Assembly: GCA_965204375.1 (NCBI GenBank)
Contig: OZ241986.1
Span: 64,001-128,000, forward strand
DNA length: 64,000 bases
Source: Candidatus Latescibacterota bacterium
GTDB lineage: Bacteria > Latescibacterota > UBA2968
Direction: 5' to 3'
The notes beneath the pieces were generated by a model that did no database searches, was not told the origin of the DNA, and saw only the letters and a program-made list of their open reading frames with translations. Numbering within the stretch: position 1 is the first letter of the stretch; the number at the start of each line of letters is the position of its first letter. Below, piece by piece: positions 38,094 through 48,274 of this stretch. The translations under genes and the position numbers were made by a program.

Positions 38094-39527
38094 TCACCAG
38101 GTCATATAGTGCGTCACAGGCTCACCCTGTTTGGCGGTAAAGCGATCATACTTCGGATGGATGAAATCTTCGGTTGCATCCATGTGGGCGTAAAAAGCTC
38201 GCGTCATCTCTTTCCTTTTTTGCGGCTGTGTATCGTATAAGTTGTCCAGTTCATAGGGATCGTCGATTAGATTGTACAACTCGCCGTAATTTTTTGTTGG
38301 ATAGTGAATATATTTCCATTCTCGCGTGCGTATGCAGCGTTTATCGACTGCTTCGGCAAAAATTACGTCTCGTATTTTCGATTGTTCGCCGTTCATCAGC
38401 GGCGATAAATCCAGGCCCTGTACGCATTCAGGCGCGTCAAAATCCGCCAACTGCGCGATTGTGGGAAATAGATCTACGGTTTCGGTCAGGGCGTCGCAGT
38501 CGCTGCCGGCACGACCGGGCACGGCAATAAAACACGGTATATGTAACATGCAGTCGAGGAGAAATGGCGCTTTGGCCGGGATACCGTGATCGCCTAAAAA
38601 TTCACCGTGGTCCGATAGAAAGATCACGATGGTCTCATCCGCCACGCCTTTTTTTTCCAGTGTTTCAAGGATTAGCCCTACTTGATGGTCAATTTGCGAT
38701 ACCATGCCGTAATACGCCGCCTTCATCTTGCGGAATATCTCGTCGGGAGCCTGGTCAAATCCGCAGTATTTGTGGTGTCCTGCTTTGAAATACAAACCGT
38801 ATTCGGGCGGTTTTTTTGCAATATCGTCTTCTGCGCGTCGAAAGGGTGGCATCGCATTGGGATCGTACATATTTGCAAAGCGTCCTGAAGGGACATAGGG
38901 ATGGTGGGGTCCGTAGAATCCCACCCATAAGAAAAAGGGATTGCTCGTTTCCAGACTTTCGAGGTATTCAATGCTTTTCATTCCCACATAGGCATCGATG
39001 TGGCAATCTTCGGGGAGATCGGATGGCACGGCGCCGAGGTTTTTGCGAAAATTGGGCAGGGCATATCCCGTTTTATACTCGTATCCCCGATCGCGAACAT
39101 ATTGTTCAAATTGATTGGGATCGGTGACTGTATAATCCCCATCTGCGCGCTCTTTCCATCCCCGCCGTATTCCCACAGCGTCCATGTGGTCGAGTTTTTC
39201 CCGAAAACGCTGCTGTCCAATGCCGTGTTTGCCCACGCTGGCGGTTGTATAGCCCTGGTTTTTGAACGATTCTACCATTGTAATTTCATTTTCGTTGAGC
39301 TTTGACCCATTCCATTTGACGCCGTGATTTTTGGGATAACGCCCGGTCATAAATGTCGCACGCGACGGTGAACACACGGGGTTTTGCACAAAGCAGTTTG
39401 AAAATCGCGTGCTCCTCTCAGATAAGGCGTCAATCGCAGGCGTTTGTATGACGCGATCCCCTGTGTATCCCAGCGTATCATATCGCAAATGGTCTGTTGT
39501 TATAAATACAATATTGGGTCGTTTCAT
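38094..39527 (-). CDS. Sulfatase
   Basis: RPNIVFITTD, CSPSR, GKH, SDHGEFLGDH (start at 39527 or 39542). Confidence 0.93.
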   Translation of the reverse strand: MKRPNIVFITTDHLRYDTLGYTGDRVIQTPAIDALSERSTRFSNCFVQNPVCSPSRATFMTGRYPKNHGVKWNGSKLNENEITMVESFKNQGYTTASVGKHGIGQQRFREKLDHMDAVGIRRGWKERADGDYTVTDPNQFEQYVRDRGYEYKTGYALPNFRKNLGAVPSDLPEDCHIDAYVGMKSIEYLESLETSNPFFLWVGFYGPHHPYVPSGRFANMYDPNAMPPFRRAEDDIAKKPPEYGLYFKAGHHKYCGFDQAPDEIFRKMKAAYYGMVSQIDHQVGLILETLEKKGVADETIVIFLSDHGEFLGDHGIPAKAPFLLDCMLHIPCFIAVPGRAGSDCDALTETVDLFPTIAQLADFDAPECVQGLDLSPLMNGEQSKIRDVIFAEAVDKRCIRTREWKYIHYPTKNYGELYNLIDDPYELDNLYDTQPQKRKEMTRAFYAHMDATEDFIHPKYDRFTAKQGEPVTHYMTW

Positions 39528-39538
39528 TATCGCATACC

Positions 39539-40279
39539 TCATAGCAAATCATTGCTTAAAATTGTTGGGCACCAGAATTTTTCAATAAATGAGATTACCA
39601 GTTGCGTGCCCGCTTCATGGCTCACATAAGGCGGCTTTGCGGGGTTGTACATCGCATCGGTCAAATCTCGAATGAGCGCGACCTGAATGCCCCAGCGCGT
39701 CATTTGTTTGATCGCAAACGTGCGATGCAGTACACACATGTTGGTATGCACGCCCATGATGAGCATTTTGTCGATTTCCCGATGCTGCATATAGCTGTAA
39801 ATTTCGTGCCCCTGATCGGAAATAATATCCCGTTCCTGGTCAATATCTATCCCCGCGTGTTGCCGCGTCCAGACCTGCGTGTTGATTTTCTTGGGGTCTT
39901 CGCCTGTATCTGATCCGCCATCAGAATCGTCGATCGGCAGTGGGGGATCAGCGAGATCCAAATTTTCAGGGGGTTCAACTGGTGGGACATCCAATACCCG
40001 TCTCCGCGCTGGCGTATTGGCGTAAACATCAAGTGTTCCCGAGGGGGCGTGAATAATGGTCACACCTTGCTTTCGCGCGCTTTGCACAACGGCGTTCATG
40101 CGGGGAATCATCGCTTCTAATCGCTTGACCGCACCGCGACACCAGTGATTATTCCACACATCGCATAACAACAGGACTGTTTGCTCGGGAGGCCAATAGA
40201 CGCGTTCTGTTATTGTTTCCCAAACCGTATGTTCACTGTCATCCCACAATAAGGACTGATGCTGCACGGTTAGATTCAT
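39539..40279 (-). CDS. Isochorismatase/cysteine hydrolase family protein
   Basis: LLLCDVW, IIHAPS, GVHTNMCV, RDLTD; start 40279 after GGAGG. Confidence 0.85.
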   Translation of the reverse strand: MNLTVQHQSLLWDDSEHTVWETITERVYWPPEQTVLLLCDVWNNHWCRGAVKRLEAMIPRMNAVVQSARKQGVTIIHAPSGTLDVYANTPARRRVLDVPPVEPPENLDLADPPLPIDDSDGGSDTGEDPKKINTQVWTRQHAGIDIDQERDIISDQGHEIYSYMQHREIDKMLIMGVHTNMCVLHRTFAIKQMTRWGIQVALIRDLTDAMYNPAKPPYVSHEAGTQLVISFIEKFWCPTILSNDLL

Positions 40280-40299
40280 CGTGCCCTCCATATCAAAGA

Positions 40300-41121
40300 T
40301 CAGGTTTCCCACACCAACCGAGGCCCCTCGTCCATCCCGCATACCACTCCCAATTGTCTCTCGCGCTGATAGCCCAGACAATGAGAAACATACGTCACAT
40401 CCTCGATTTCTCGACACCGATTGCGATGCTGATGACCGTATATGTGAATCGATGAACCGAGTTTTCGCAATAGGCGATCTAAGGCCCTTGTGCCAGCCAC
40501 CCGACTGAAATTGAAATTCGACGCGCTCGTCAATGGACGCGGGCGAGAAGCGGAATGGGACCTGCCAAAGATCAACTCCCGTCTGGGCAAAAAGTGGCTA
40601 AAGGTAATGACTGGCCCATCGCCCTGAACAGGCGCGGTATTTTGGGCGAGCATATAGCGCGCAATGGATCGCTCACCCTCGGTCCAGCGAATCAGACGGT
40701 TGTCCGCCCACATGTGCAAGGCTGCGTCTTCTCCTTCCTGGGGCACGTACAAACTGTCGGTACTTTCTTCGGGTTTTTCATACCACGACAAAAGCGGTAC
40801 AATTTGTACACCCGGCAATTGCGCCCACGAGGTTTCTATGTCCAACACGTTGCACAAAGCCATAAGCGCGTGGAATTTCTCCAACGAGTCACATCGCTCA
40901 TTGGGCCTCACCCACAAATCGTGATTGCCCGGTACAAAAAAAACGCGTGCAAATTTTTGCTTCAGTCCGCACAGGGTATCGCGCATCGGGTCGGCGCGGT
41001 GAGTTACATCTCCGGCCACAATCACCACATCATCGGTAAAATCGCAATTGGAAAGCCGCTGCACCCACCGATGGTTTTCCTTGTAATCGATGTGCAAATC
41101 AGAAATGGCAAAAACGCGCAT
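40300..41121 (-). CDS. Calcineurin-like metallophosphoesterase
   Basis: SDLH, AGD, GNHD, SHF, GHQH. Confidence 0.92.
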   Translation of the reverse strand: MRVFAISDLHIDYKENHRWVQRLSNCDFTDDVVIVAGDVTHRADPMRDTLCGLKQKFARVFFVPGNHDLWVRPNERCDSLEKFHALMALCNVLDIETSWAQLPGVQIVPLLSWYEKPEESTDSLYVPQEGEDAALHMWADNRLIRWTEGERSIARYMLAQNTAPVQGDGPVITFSHFLPRRELIFGRSHSASRPRPLTSASNFNFSRVAGTRALDRLLRKLGSSIHIYGHQHRNRCREIEDVTYVSHCLGYQRERQLGVVCGMDEGPRLVWET

Positions 41122-41177
41122 GGGTTATCCAGTTGAAATAGCCACAGAAGGCATAAAAATCACAAAAGAAATCGCGC

Positions 41178-41972
41178 TCAATACCTCACATCGACCAGCC
41201 ACGCGCTTTTGGGATTTTTTTCCCAGTGTTGGCGCAACACCTGTTCGTTTGGGCAAAATTCACCGCGATAGGCGACCCCACCATGAGAAATATTAAAGCT
41301 CATGGCGACTTCATCTTCACCCGCATCAACCCAGTGGGGCGTTAATAACTGGTTCCACAGCAAATCGCCGGGTTGCATGTCATAGGTCAAAATATCCGCT
41401 GGTTCTATTTGGGGAATATCAATGCGCGTGACGCCCGTTCGATCTTCCACGAGTTTTTTAACAGGTTCGCGTTTTTCCGGTTCCAAAAACCCGTGAAAGT
41501 GTTTTTCCCCATAAACTTGCCACGCGAGTACATGCGAAGAATCTGCATGATAGGTCGAACTGCACCCTTTTCCAGAAATAAATATAATGGGATAACATCT
41601 TTGCCACGTAAATCCGAGCTGAGAAAGGAAGGTGCGCCAGGGAATCATCACACATTCTTGAAAGTGTTCGAGAAATTGTCCCGCGCCATAAAAATTTTGC
41701 AAATGAAAATGCGCCAGACTAATCGGCATTTCGACGGCTTTTTCTATGGGCGCAGCCTTAAACTTTTCGACCAGATTATTTTGCTCTGCATCGCTCAAGC
41801 TGTCATCTAAAAATTGAATGCGCGCCTCGGAATCGCGCCGCAAAATATCTATAACTTCTTCGATAGGACCGAGTGGCATTTCAAATTTGAACAACACAGC
41901 ATGGATAAGAAAATTTCGCTCGCCATTCCAGAACTGGCGAAAATCGTCTGCTGTCCTGGCAATCAGGTGCAT
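41178..41972 (-). CDS. JmjC/cupin-like 2OG-Fe(II) oxygenase
   Basis: YHAD...WQVYGEKHF...PGDLL...PHWV. Confidence 0.75.
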   Translation of the reverse strand: MHLIARTADDFRQFWNGERNFLIHAVLFKFEMPLGPIEEVIDILRRDSEARIQFLDDSLSDAEQNNLVEKFKAAPIEKAVEMPISLAHFHLQNFYGAGQFLEHFQECVMIPWRTFLSQLGFTWQRCYPIIFISGKGCSSTYHADSSHVLAWQVYGEKHFHGFLEPEKREPVKKLVEDRTGVTRIDIPQIEPADILTYDMQPGDLLWNQLLTPHWVDAGEDEVAMSFNISHGGVAYRGEFCPNEQVLRQHWEKNPKSAWLVDVRY

Positions 41973-41987
41973 TGTTTGCTCCTATGG

Positions 41988-42053
41988 GAAGTGAGATGTG
42001 TGAAGTGAGAGGTGAGAAGTCCACCCCACTCCACCCCAGGGCAGGTGCCTCTT
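41988..42053. repeat. Heptamer array plus CACCCCAGGGC core; dispersed element copy 2
   Basis: Homologous to 9390-9438. Confidence 0.75.
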
Positions 42054-42112
42054 TAACATACATCATCGCACAAATAGATTCAAGCAATCAAGATAGGGCG
42101 GGGTGAAGGTAC

Positions 42113-42141
42113 TTGACAGTAAATTTTCTTGCATTCATTAT
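42113..42141 (+). promoter_or_regulatory. Sigma70-like promoter
   Basis: TTGACA-17nt-CATTAT. Confidence 0.6.
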
Positions 42142-42182
42142 GTAATATCAATCCCATATATTTTTTGTTTCAGGAGGTTAAG

Positions 42183-43406
42183 ATGAAAATCACCGATATT
42201 GAAGTCATCCCGATTGCGATGCCTTTGGCAAAACGCTACGACAACCACCACGGGCGCACGCGCATGTATGACATCGATCAGCATGTGGTGGTCAAAATCC
42301 ATACGGATAACGGGCTGATTGGCTATGGCGATTACGAAGACCGCTCTGCGATTGCATCCGAGGAAATCGAGCCATTAATTGGGCGCAATCCCTTTGATTT
42401 TTTGCACAATAATTTTCATATGGCTCTTGGCATGGCGCTCTACGATGTCATGGGCAAGTACCTCGAAGTGCCTGCCTATAAGCTCCTGGGGCAAAAGGTG
42501 AGAGATGCGGTGCCTGCGGCGGCATGGACGCGGCCCTGTTCACCCGAAGTGTTTGCCGAAGAAATCCAGCGTGCTGTCGATCAGGGGTATCGCATTTTCA
42601 AAATGCATTCCGACGCACGTTATGATGTTATTGAACAAACGCGAGCCGCTGCCGAGGTCGCCCCAGAGGGCTTTAAGATCCACTGGGATTTCAACCACAA
42701 CCGCACGATGGGTGTTGTGCTTCCCATTGTTGCCGAACTCGAACGCAGTTATCCGGTGGTGGGTTTTATCGAAGACCCACTGCCCTGGGCCGATATCGAT
42801 GGCTGGCGCACACTGAGACAAAAAACGCAACTGCCGCTTATTATGCACAATCCCCAACTCGGTGGCATGCAGGAGGTCTTACACGGCACTGCTGATATTT
42901 ATATGATTGGCGGTCGCATTGGCGATACGATGCGGAAGGGATTTGCATACGGTCAGGCCAATATCCAGACGCTTCTTCAGCAATCCGGCAATACTCTGAT
43001 GAAGGCTTTTACGTTGCATCAGGCGGCGGTCCTGCCCACGGCAACCGCGCATATTATTACCCTTGATGATCAATACGAAGACGATATTACCACGTCGCAA
43101 CTGCTGCCGACCGAGGGCTTTTGCCGCGTGCCCGAAGGCGCGGGGCTTGGCGTTGAGGTCGATGAGGAAAAGCTCAAGCTGGCCGCCCAGCGCGAACATA
43201 TTCCCAAACTCGATGTCATCGGTGTGCTCCACCTGCCTTATGGACGCAAGTATTATACCCGTGGCGAACCCAATGTTCAAAATCTCACTGGTTTTGAGGA
43301 AGGCGCGTTGCGCGGTATTCATTGCGAACGCCTCGTCAGAGGCGAATCTCCCGACTTTGAGCGCGTTCACAAACGGCTCGAAGAGGAGGGACCATTTGTG
43401 GAATAA
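42183..43406 (+). CDS. Mandelate racemase/enolase superfamily protein
   Basis: MKITDIE start with AGGAGG RBS; ALYDVMGK..VPAYKLLG, DFN, EDP, GAGLGVEVD. Confidence 0.9.
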   Translation: MKITDIEVIPIAMPLAKRYDNHHGRTRMYDIDQHVVVKIHTDNGLIGYGDYEDRSAIASEEIEPLIGRNPFDFLHNNFHMALGMALYDVMGKYLEVPAYKLLGQKVRDAVPAAAWTRPCSPEVFAEEIQRAVDQGYRIFKMHSDARYDVIEQTRAAAEVAPEGFKIHWDFNHNRTMGVVLPIVAELERSYPVVGFIEDPLPWADIDGWRTLRQKTQLPLIMHNPQLGGMQEVLHGTADIYMIGGRIGDTMRKGFAYGQANIQTLLQQSGNTLMKAFTLHQAAVLPTATAHIITLDDQYEDDITTSQLLPTEGFCRVPEGAGLGVEVDEEKLKLAAQREHIPKLDVIGVLHLPYGRKYYTRGEPNVQNLTGFEEGALRGIHCERLVRGESPDFERVHKRLEEEGPFVE

Positions 43407-43476
43407 AAGGAAACAGGACATCTCTGTAGTGAAATGTCCTGTTGTGTTGCTGGTGGCGAGTGGGCACAGGGGCGTG

Positions 43477-44964
43477 CTATACCTCTAATCTTTCGCCAGC
43501 ATTTTCTTCGTGTTCCTTTTTAAAAAAACGATCTGCATCGCGAGGTGGTGTGGTGGCGAAAGATACGAGGATGAGGATGAGCGCGGAAACAGGGACGATA
43601 ATGCCGGCGGGGATTAAGCCGGTTCCACCAATGCTGTAAGCGCCTTCTGCGTTCAGGGAATCTGCATAAAAAAATAGCCATAGACCAATTACACTCAGGA
43701 TTGCCGCGGTTGCGCCCTGCTTTGTGCTGCGCTTCCAGTACAGCGCGCCGACGAATACGGGTACCAATCCCGCGAAGCCCGTGAGTGACCAGGCGCCGAG
43801 TTCAAAAATTGACCGCGTTGTAAATAGCGACGCGACAAAGGCCAATACGAGGAATGCAGCGACAAATAGGCGTCCGAACAAGACCTGCTGTTTTTCGGAT
43901 AACTGATTATCAAAACCGTAAAATCGCACAATGTCTTCGGTAAACATCGCGCCCAGGGCAAGGGTTTGAGAGTCGAGCGAAGACATAATTGCCGCAAAAA
44001 CTCCTGCTGCCAGGCACCCCGCGAGCACGCCGCCCGTATGTGCCAGTATTAATTCAATCAGTATAGGGCCACTCAGTGGTGCCGTGAAATCAATGCGACC
44101 GACCATTCCGAGGGTGACACTGGGTACCCACACGGCGGCGATACACAGGGGGTAGAATACTATGGGCGTTTGAAATGACCGCGCAGTTCGAGCGGAGAGC
44201 CAATGGCCGTAAATATGGGGAAATGCCGCGACACTGATGGGTAGCAGGAGATAAGAGAGCATTTTGAATACGGTATAAGAGCCGCTGCCAAAAACCACAA
44301 ATTCGGGGTGTGTATCGCGCAGCGTTGCCATAGCTTTACCGATCCCGCCGTAGTGATCCATGATGACGAGATAGGCAACGATGCCTACGAGAATAAATAC
44401 CGTTGTTTGAAAGGTATTTGCCCAGGCTGTACTTCGCATCCCGCCGTAGGTTACGTATAGAAATGTCACCCCACATACGAGCAAGCTGCCTGCCCAACTC
44501 GGCCACTCACCGCGCGTGATTGCCGCGAGCGCATCGCCCCCGCCTTTGACCCCTATCAGGATGTAGGGCAGCATCAACAACACCACGACGACAAATAAGA
44601 GCGTTCCCAATGCTGGGGATGTATAGCGGTCCCGGATCATCTGGATTTGGGTGACATAGGAAAATCTTTTGCCCAACCACCAGCTTTTTGTGCCGAGATA
44701 ATAAAAGAGAAATGGAATCAGAATGGACGAACTCGCGCCCATAAGACCGAAAACAATAATTCCCAGGCGATAGGCTTCCCCGGATGCCCCCAGCATTGTA
44801 AATGCCGTTAGATTGGTGCCCAGCAATGTCATCAGCAGGACCACAGGACCAATGGTGCGGCTTGCGACAAAGTAGTCTTCTGCGGTGTTGCGAAACAGCC
44901 GATGTCCCAGAGTGCCGACCACGATAACCAGCCCCAGATAAATTGCGACAACCGCAATAATCAT
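43477..44964 (-). CDS. Sodium:solute symporter family protein
   Basis: DYFVASR, GGMRSTAW, AAIMSSLDS; ATGA overlap with the upstream small gene. Confidence 0.92.
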   Translation of the reverse strand: MIIAVVAIYLGLVIVVGTLGHRLFRNTAEDYFVASRTIGPVVLLMTLLGTNLTAFTMLGASGEAYRLGIIVFGLMGASSSILIPFLFYYLGTKSWWLGKRFSYVTQIQMIRDRYTSPALGTLLFVVVVLLMLPYILIGVKGGGDALAAITRGEWPSWAGSLLVCGVTFLYVTYGGMRSTAWANTFQTTVFILVGIVAYLVIMDHYGGIGKAMATLRDTHPEFVVFGSGSYTVFKMLSYLLLPISVAAFPHIYGHWLSARTARSFQTPIVFYPLCIAAVWVPSVTLGMVGRIDFTAPLSGPILIELILAHTGGVLAGCLAAGVFAAIMSSLDSQTLALGAMFTEDIVRFYGFDNQLSEKQQVLFGRLFVAAFLVLAFVASLFTTRSIFELGAWSLTGFAGLVPVFVGALYWKRSTKQGATAAILSVIGLWLFFYADSLNAEGAYSIGGTGLIPAGIIVPVSALILILVSFATTPPRDADRFFKKEHEENAGERLEV

Positions 44965-45176
44965 TCCCGATCCTCCGCATCTAAATGATGAGGCCATGCC
45001 AGGCGTACAATCACGAGCATAGAGAGTGTGGTCAGGACGCACAGGCCGATGTGGTAAAGCAAATTGATCGGCAATCCCAGGATTAGGGCGTCGTTATCCC
45101 ACATCCAGATATTAAAAAATAGAATTAGCAGGATGAGCAAAACACTCAAGGGCCAGATTTTTGTTTTTTGCGACAT
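44961..45176 (-). CDS. Small two-helix membrane subunit (DUF3311-like) of the symporter
   Basis: 71 aa, two hydrophobic helices, ILGLP motif, coupled to the SSS gene. Confidence 0.8.
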   Translation of the reverse strand: MSQKTKIWPLSVLLILLILFFNIWMWDNDALILGLPINLLYHIGLCVLTTLSMLVIVRLAWPHHLDAEDRE

Positions 45177-45205
45177 TCATGTTCTCCTTTTTGTTTTGCT
45201 CGATA

Positions 45206-46177
45206 TTACGGCCTTTGCGCGCCTTTGGATTCGACGTACACTGAATATAAACACATCCCGCCGGTCATGAAGAGGCGGTTTTTCTTTTGTCCGCCAAAGC
45301 AGAGGTTGGAACACACTTCGGGCAGGTGAATTTTTCCAATGAGGTCGCCATTGGGCGCGAAAATTTTGACGCCGTTATCTTCGGGGTTGCCCCAGCCCGA
45401 GCTGCTCCACAGGTTGCCGTCAATGTCGCAGCGAATGCCATCGGCGAATCCGGGTGCCATGTCGGCAAAGACGCGACTGTTTTTAAGGCGGCCATTTTCG
45501 ACATCAAATGCGCGGATATGTGCAGGTCCTCCCAGTCCATGAGAGGATCCGGTATCGGTGATATAGAGAATTTTTTCATCGGGAGAGAAGCACAGTCCAT
45601 TGGGGCGCACAAAATCGTCGGCAACGACTGTGGCATTTCCCGTGGTGGGATCGAGGCGATAGACATTGGTGGGTAATTCGGCATCGGCAATGTGGCCTTC
45701 GTAGTCGAGCATAATGCCGTATCCCGGATCAGTGAACCATATACTGCCATCGGAATGCGCGGTGACGTCGTTGGGTGCGTTGAGAGGTTTGCCCTCAAAG
45801 CTGTCGATGAGTACGGTGATGGTTCCGTCGTATTCGGTGCGGGTGACGCGCCGCGTGCCGTGTTCACAGGTGATCAGGCGGCCTGCTCGGTCTCGGGTGT
45901 GTCCATTGCAATAATTGGAAGGTTGGCGATAGACGCTGAGGCTGCCATCGCTTTCGTCCCAGCGCATAATGCGATTATTGGGTATGTCGCTGAAGAGCAC
46001 ACAACGCGCGTCTCCGAACCACACCGGGCCTTCGCCCCAGCGCAGGCCCGTACAGAGGCGCTCGACCGCGGCGTTGCCAATGGCGTATTTTGCAAAGCGT
46101 GCGTCCAGGATTTCAATGGCGGGATCGGGATAGGGAACAGGGCTGCCGTCCCACGGACGGGTTTTCCAATCGGACAT
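45206..46177 (-). CDS. SMP-30/gluconolactonase family protein
   Basis: EGPVW, SDIPN, PND, FTDP, PNG, DGIRCD. Confidence 0.93.
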   Translation of the reverse strand: MSDWKTRPWDGSPVPYPDPAIEILDARFAKYAIGNAAVERLCTGLRWGEGPVWFGDARCVLFSDIPNNRIMRWDESDGSLSVYRQPSNYCNGHTRDRAGRLITCEHGTRRVTRTEYDGTITVLIDSFEGKPLNAPNDVTAHSDGSIWFTDPGYGIMLDYEGHIADAELPTNVYRLDPTTGNATVVADDFVRPNGLCFSPDEKILYITDTGSSHGLGGPAHIRAFDVENGRLKNSRVFADMAPGFADGIRCDIDGNLWSSSGWGNPEDNGVKIFAPNGDLIGKIHLPEVCSNLCFGGQKKNRLFMTGGMCLYSVYVESKGAQRP

Positions 46178-46280
46178 TTTTTCTCCTTATAGGCGGTTTA
46201 ATTCCTGCGCGTACGATGGGCTTCGACGAGTAGCGTGCTCTGAAAGGCTGTGGGTATGAGAGAAGATAGAAGGAGGAGGG

Positions 46281-47027
46281 CTAATCCAACGAAAATTCTA
46301 TTGGCATGATCATCCAGACTTTGCGGCGTTCTCCCTGGTGTTTGCCGGGGCGAAATCGAAATTGCCACGCTGCGTCTAATGCTGCTTTCCTGAACATTTC
46401 CGGGCCGTGGATAAACTGGACGTCTTCTACATTGCCTATTTTGTCAACCAGTACTTTGACCGTGACTTTGCCTTCGATGCGTTTTTTTCGCGCTTCGGCG
46501 GGATATTCAGGCGTGACAATTCGGCTGGGATGAGGTTTGTAGTCGATCTCCATATAGTCGAGCGGTTCGTCTAAGTCTGTTCCCGCTGTGCTTGCTAAAT
46601 TGGGGATAAATATCTTGTCGAGGTCCAGTTCGGTTGATTCAATTGTTACATCCTCAGGTACCTCGTCGCCTTCAACTGCCAGGGGCACTTGAGGGCGCGG
46701 AGGCGGGGGCGGACGCTTTTGTTGACTGGTTTCGGGAATATCAACTCTGAGAATTTTGGGGACGGATTGCGTCAGATGTACGGTGGGATGGTATTCGGGA
46801 TAGAGCAAAGCAACGGCGATGAAGATTATGAGATTCAACAGGCTTGCGCGCATCATATTCGGCCAGTAGGGCAACTTCAAGTCAGCATCGGGTTTTTTTG
46901 CGCGCGTTTCTATCTGGACGTCGCAGGGTTGGGCAGATAGCCTTTTTTGAAATTCGCGCTGCGCCTGGCGCGCTTGATAAATTTGACCGCTTAGCGTATT
47001 CCCAAATCTGATCTGGACGAGGTTCAT
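46281..47027 (-). CDS. TonB family energy transducer
   Basis: Transmembrane anchor, PPPPPRP, C-terminal PEYPAEARKKRIEGKV...FRPG. Confidence 0.88.
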   Translation of the reverse strand: MNLVQIRFGNTLSGQIYQARQAQREFQKRLSAQPCDVQIETRAKKPDADLKLPYWPNMMRASLLNLIIFIAVALLYPEYHPTVHLTQSVPKILRVDIPETSQQKRPPPPPRPQVPLAVEGDEVPEDVTIESTELDLDKIFIPNLASTAGTDLDEPLDYMEIDYKPHPSRIVTPEYPAEARKKRIEGKVTVKVLVDKIGNVEDVQFIHGPEMFRKAALDAAWQFRFRPGKHQGERRKVWMIMPIEFSLD

Positions 47028-47254
47028 GCGATTCCCGTTTAATGGACAGTGCCGATTATGTGGATATACTTATAATTCTCAATAAGAACGAAAGTTCCAA
47101 TTCTACTGATGCAGATGGGGGCATGGGGCAACAATTTATATGAGTCTGTGGCGTTTGTCCAGACGAATCCGTATCAAACCAGTTGTGCTTTGGGGCGATG
47201 AATTGTAATATACAGGGGATATTTGGATTGTGACAAAACTTACTGGAGGAAGAA

Positions 47255-48256
47255 ATGAATCGTCAGATTACGCTTGCTGCACGTCCTGAAGGTTTTCCCG
47301 TGCCGGAAGATTTTAAGCTCGTTGAAACGCCTGTTCCAGAGCCTGGAGAAGGCGAAGTGCTGTCGAGAACGCTGTTTATGTCTGTTGATCCGTATATGCG
47401 CGGGCGGATGAATGATCGGGCATCGTATGCAGCAAATGTGCAAATTGGCGATGTGATGGTGGGCGGCACGGTGGGGGAGGTGATCGCGTCGAATGATCCC
47501 AATTTTGAGGCTGGCGATATTGTCCAGGCGCAAATTGGGTGGCAGGCTTATGGCGTGTCTAAGGGATCAAATTTGCGCAAGGTCAATCCAGATCTCGCAC
47601 CTGTATCAACGGCTTTGGGAGTTTTGGGGATGCCCGGGCTTACGGCGTATTTTGGATTGCTGGAAGTTGGACAGCCCAGAGAAGATGAGACTGTACTGGT
47701 GACGGGTGCTGCGGGTGCTGTGGGATCAATTGTGGGACAGATTGCCAAAATCGTGGGTTGCCGCGTTGTGGGTGTGGCGGGGGCGGATCAAAAGATTGCC
47801 CATGTGGTCGATGAACTGGGTTTTGACGCTGCTTTTAATTACAAGGAAGTCGATGATTACAGTGCCGAATTGCAACGCCTGTGTCCCGATGGTATTGATG
47901 TGTTTTTTGATAATGTGGGGGGCGCGGTTTCCGATGCGGCCTTTCCCCTGATGAATGTGCGCGGTCGCATTTCCGTTTGCGGACAAATATCGCAATACAA
48001 TTTGACTGCTCCAGAACAGGGCCCGCGGATGATGTGGTACTTTATTTCTCAGAGATTGACGATGCGCGGTTTTCTGGTTTTTGACTTTGAAGATCAGCAT
48101 GCCGAAGCACTCAACCAGATGGCTATTTGGGTCAATGAAGGGCGGATTAAATATCGAGAAGATATCTGGGAGGGACTGGAGAATGCCCCCGAGGCATTTA
48201 TCGATATGATGCGGGGTGGGAATACTGGCAAGCGCGTCGTAAAGGTGGCGGATTAA
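47255..48256 (+). CDS. NADP-dependent MDR oxidoreductase (CurA/PTGR-like)
   Basis: SVDPYMRGR, GMPGLTAYFGL, AAGAVG, DNVGG, CGQISQYN. Confidence 0.93.
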   Translation: MNRQITLAARPEGFPVPEDFKLVETPVPEPGEGEVLSRTLFMSVDPYMRGRMNDRASYAANVQIGDVMVGGTVGEVIASNDPNFEAGDIVQAQIGWQAYGVSKGSNLRKVNPDLAPVSTALGVLGMPGLTAYFGLLEVGQPREDETVLVTGAAGAVGSIVGQIAKIVGCRVVGVAGADQKIAHVVDELGFDAAFNYKEVDDYSAELQRLCPDGIDVFFDNVGGAVSDAAFPLMNVRGRISVCGQISQYNLTAPEQGPRMMWYFISQRLTMRGFLVFDFEDQHAEALNQMAIWVNEGRIKYREDIWEGLENAPEAFIDMMRGGNTGKRVVKVAD

Positions 48257-48274
48257 CGGCTTACACCACTTGAG

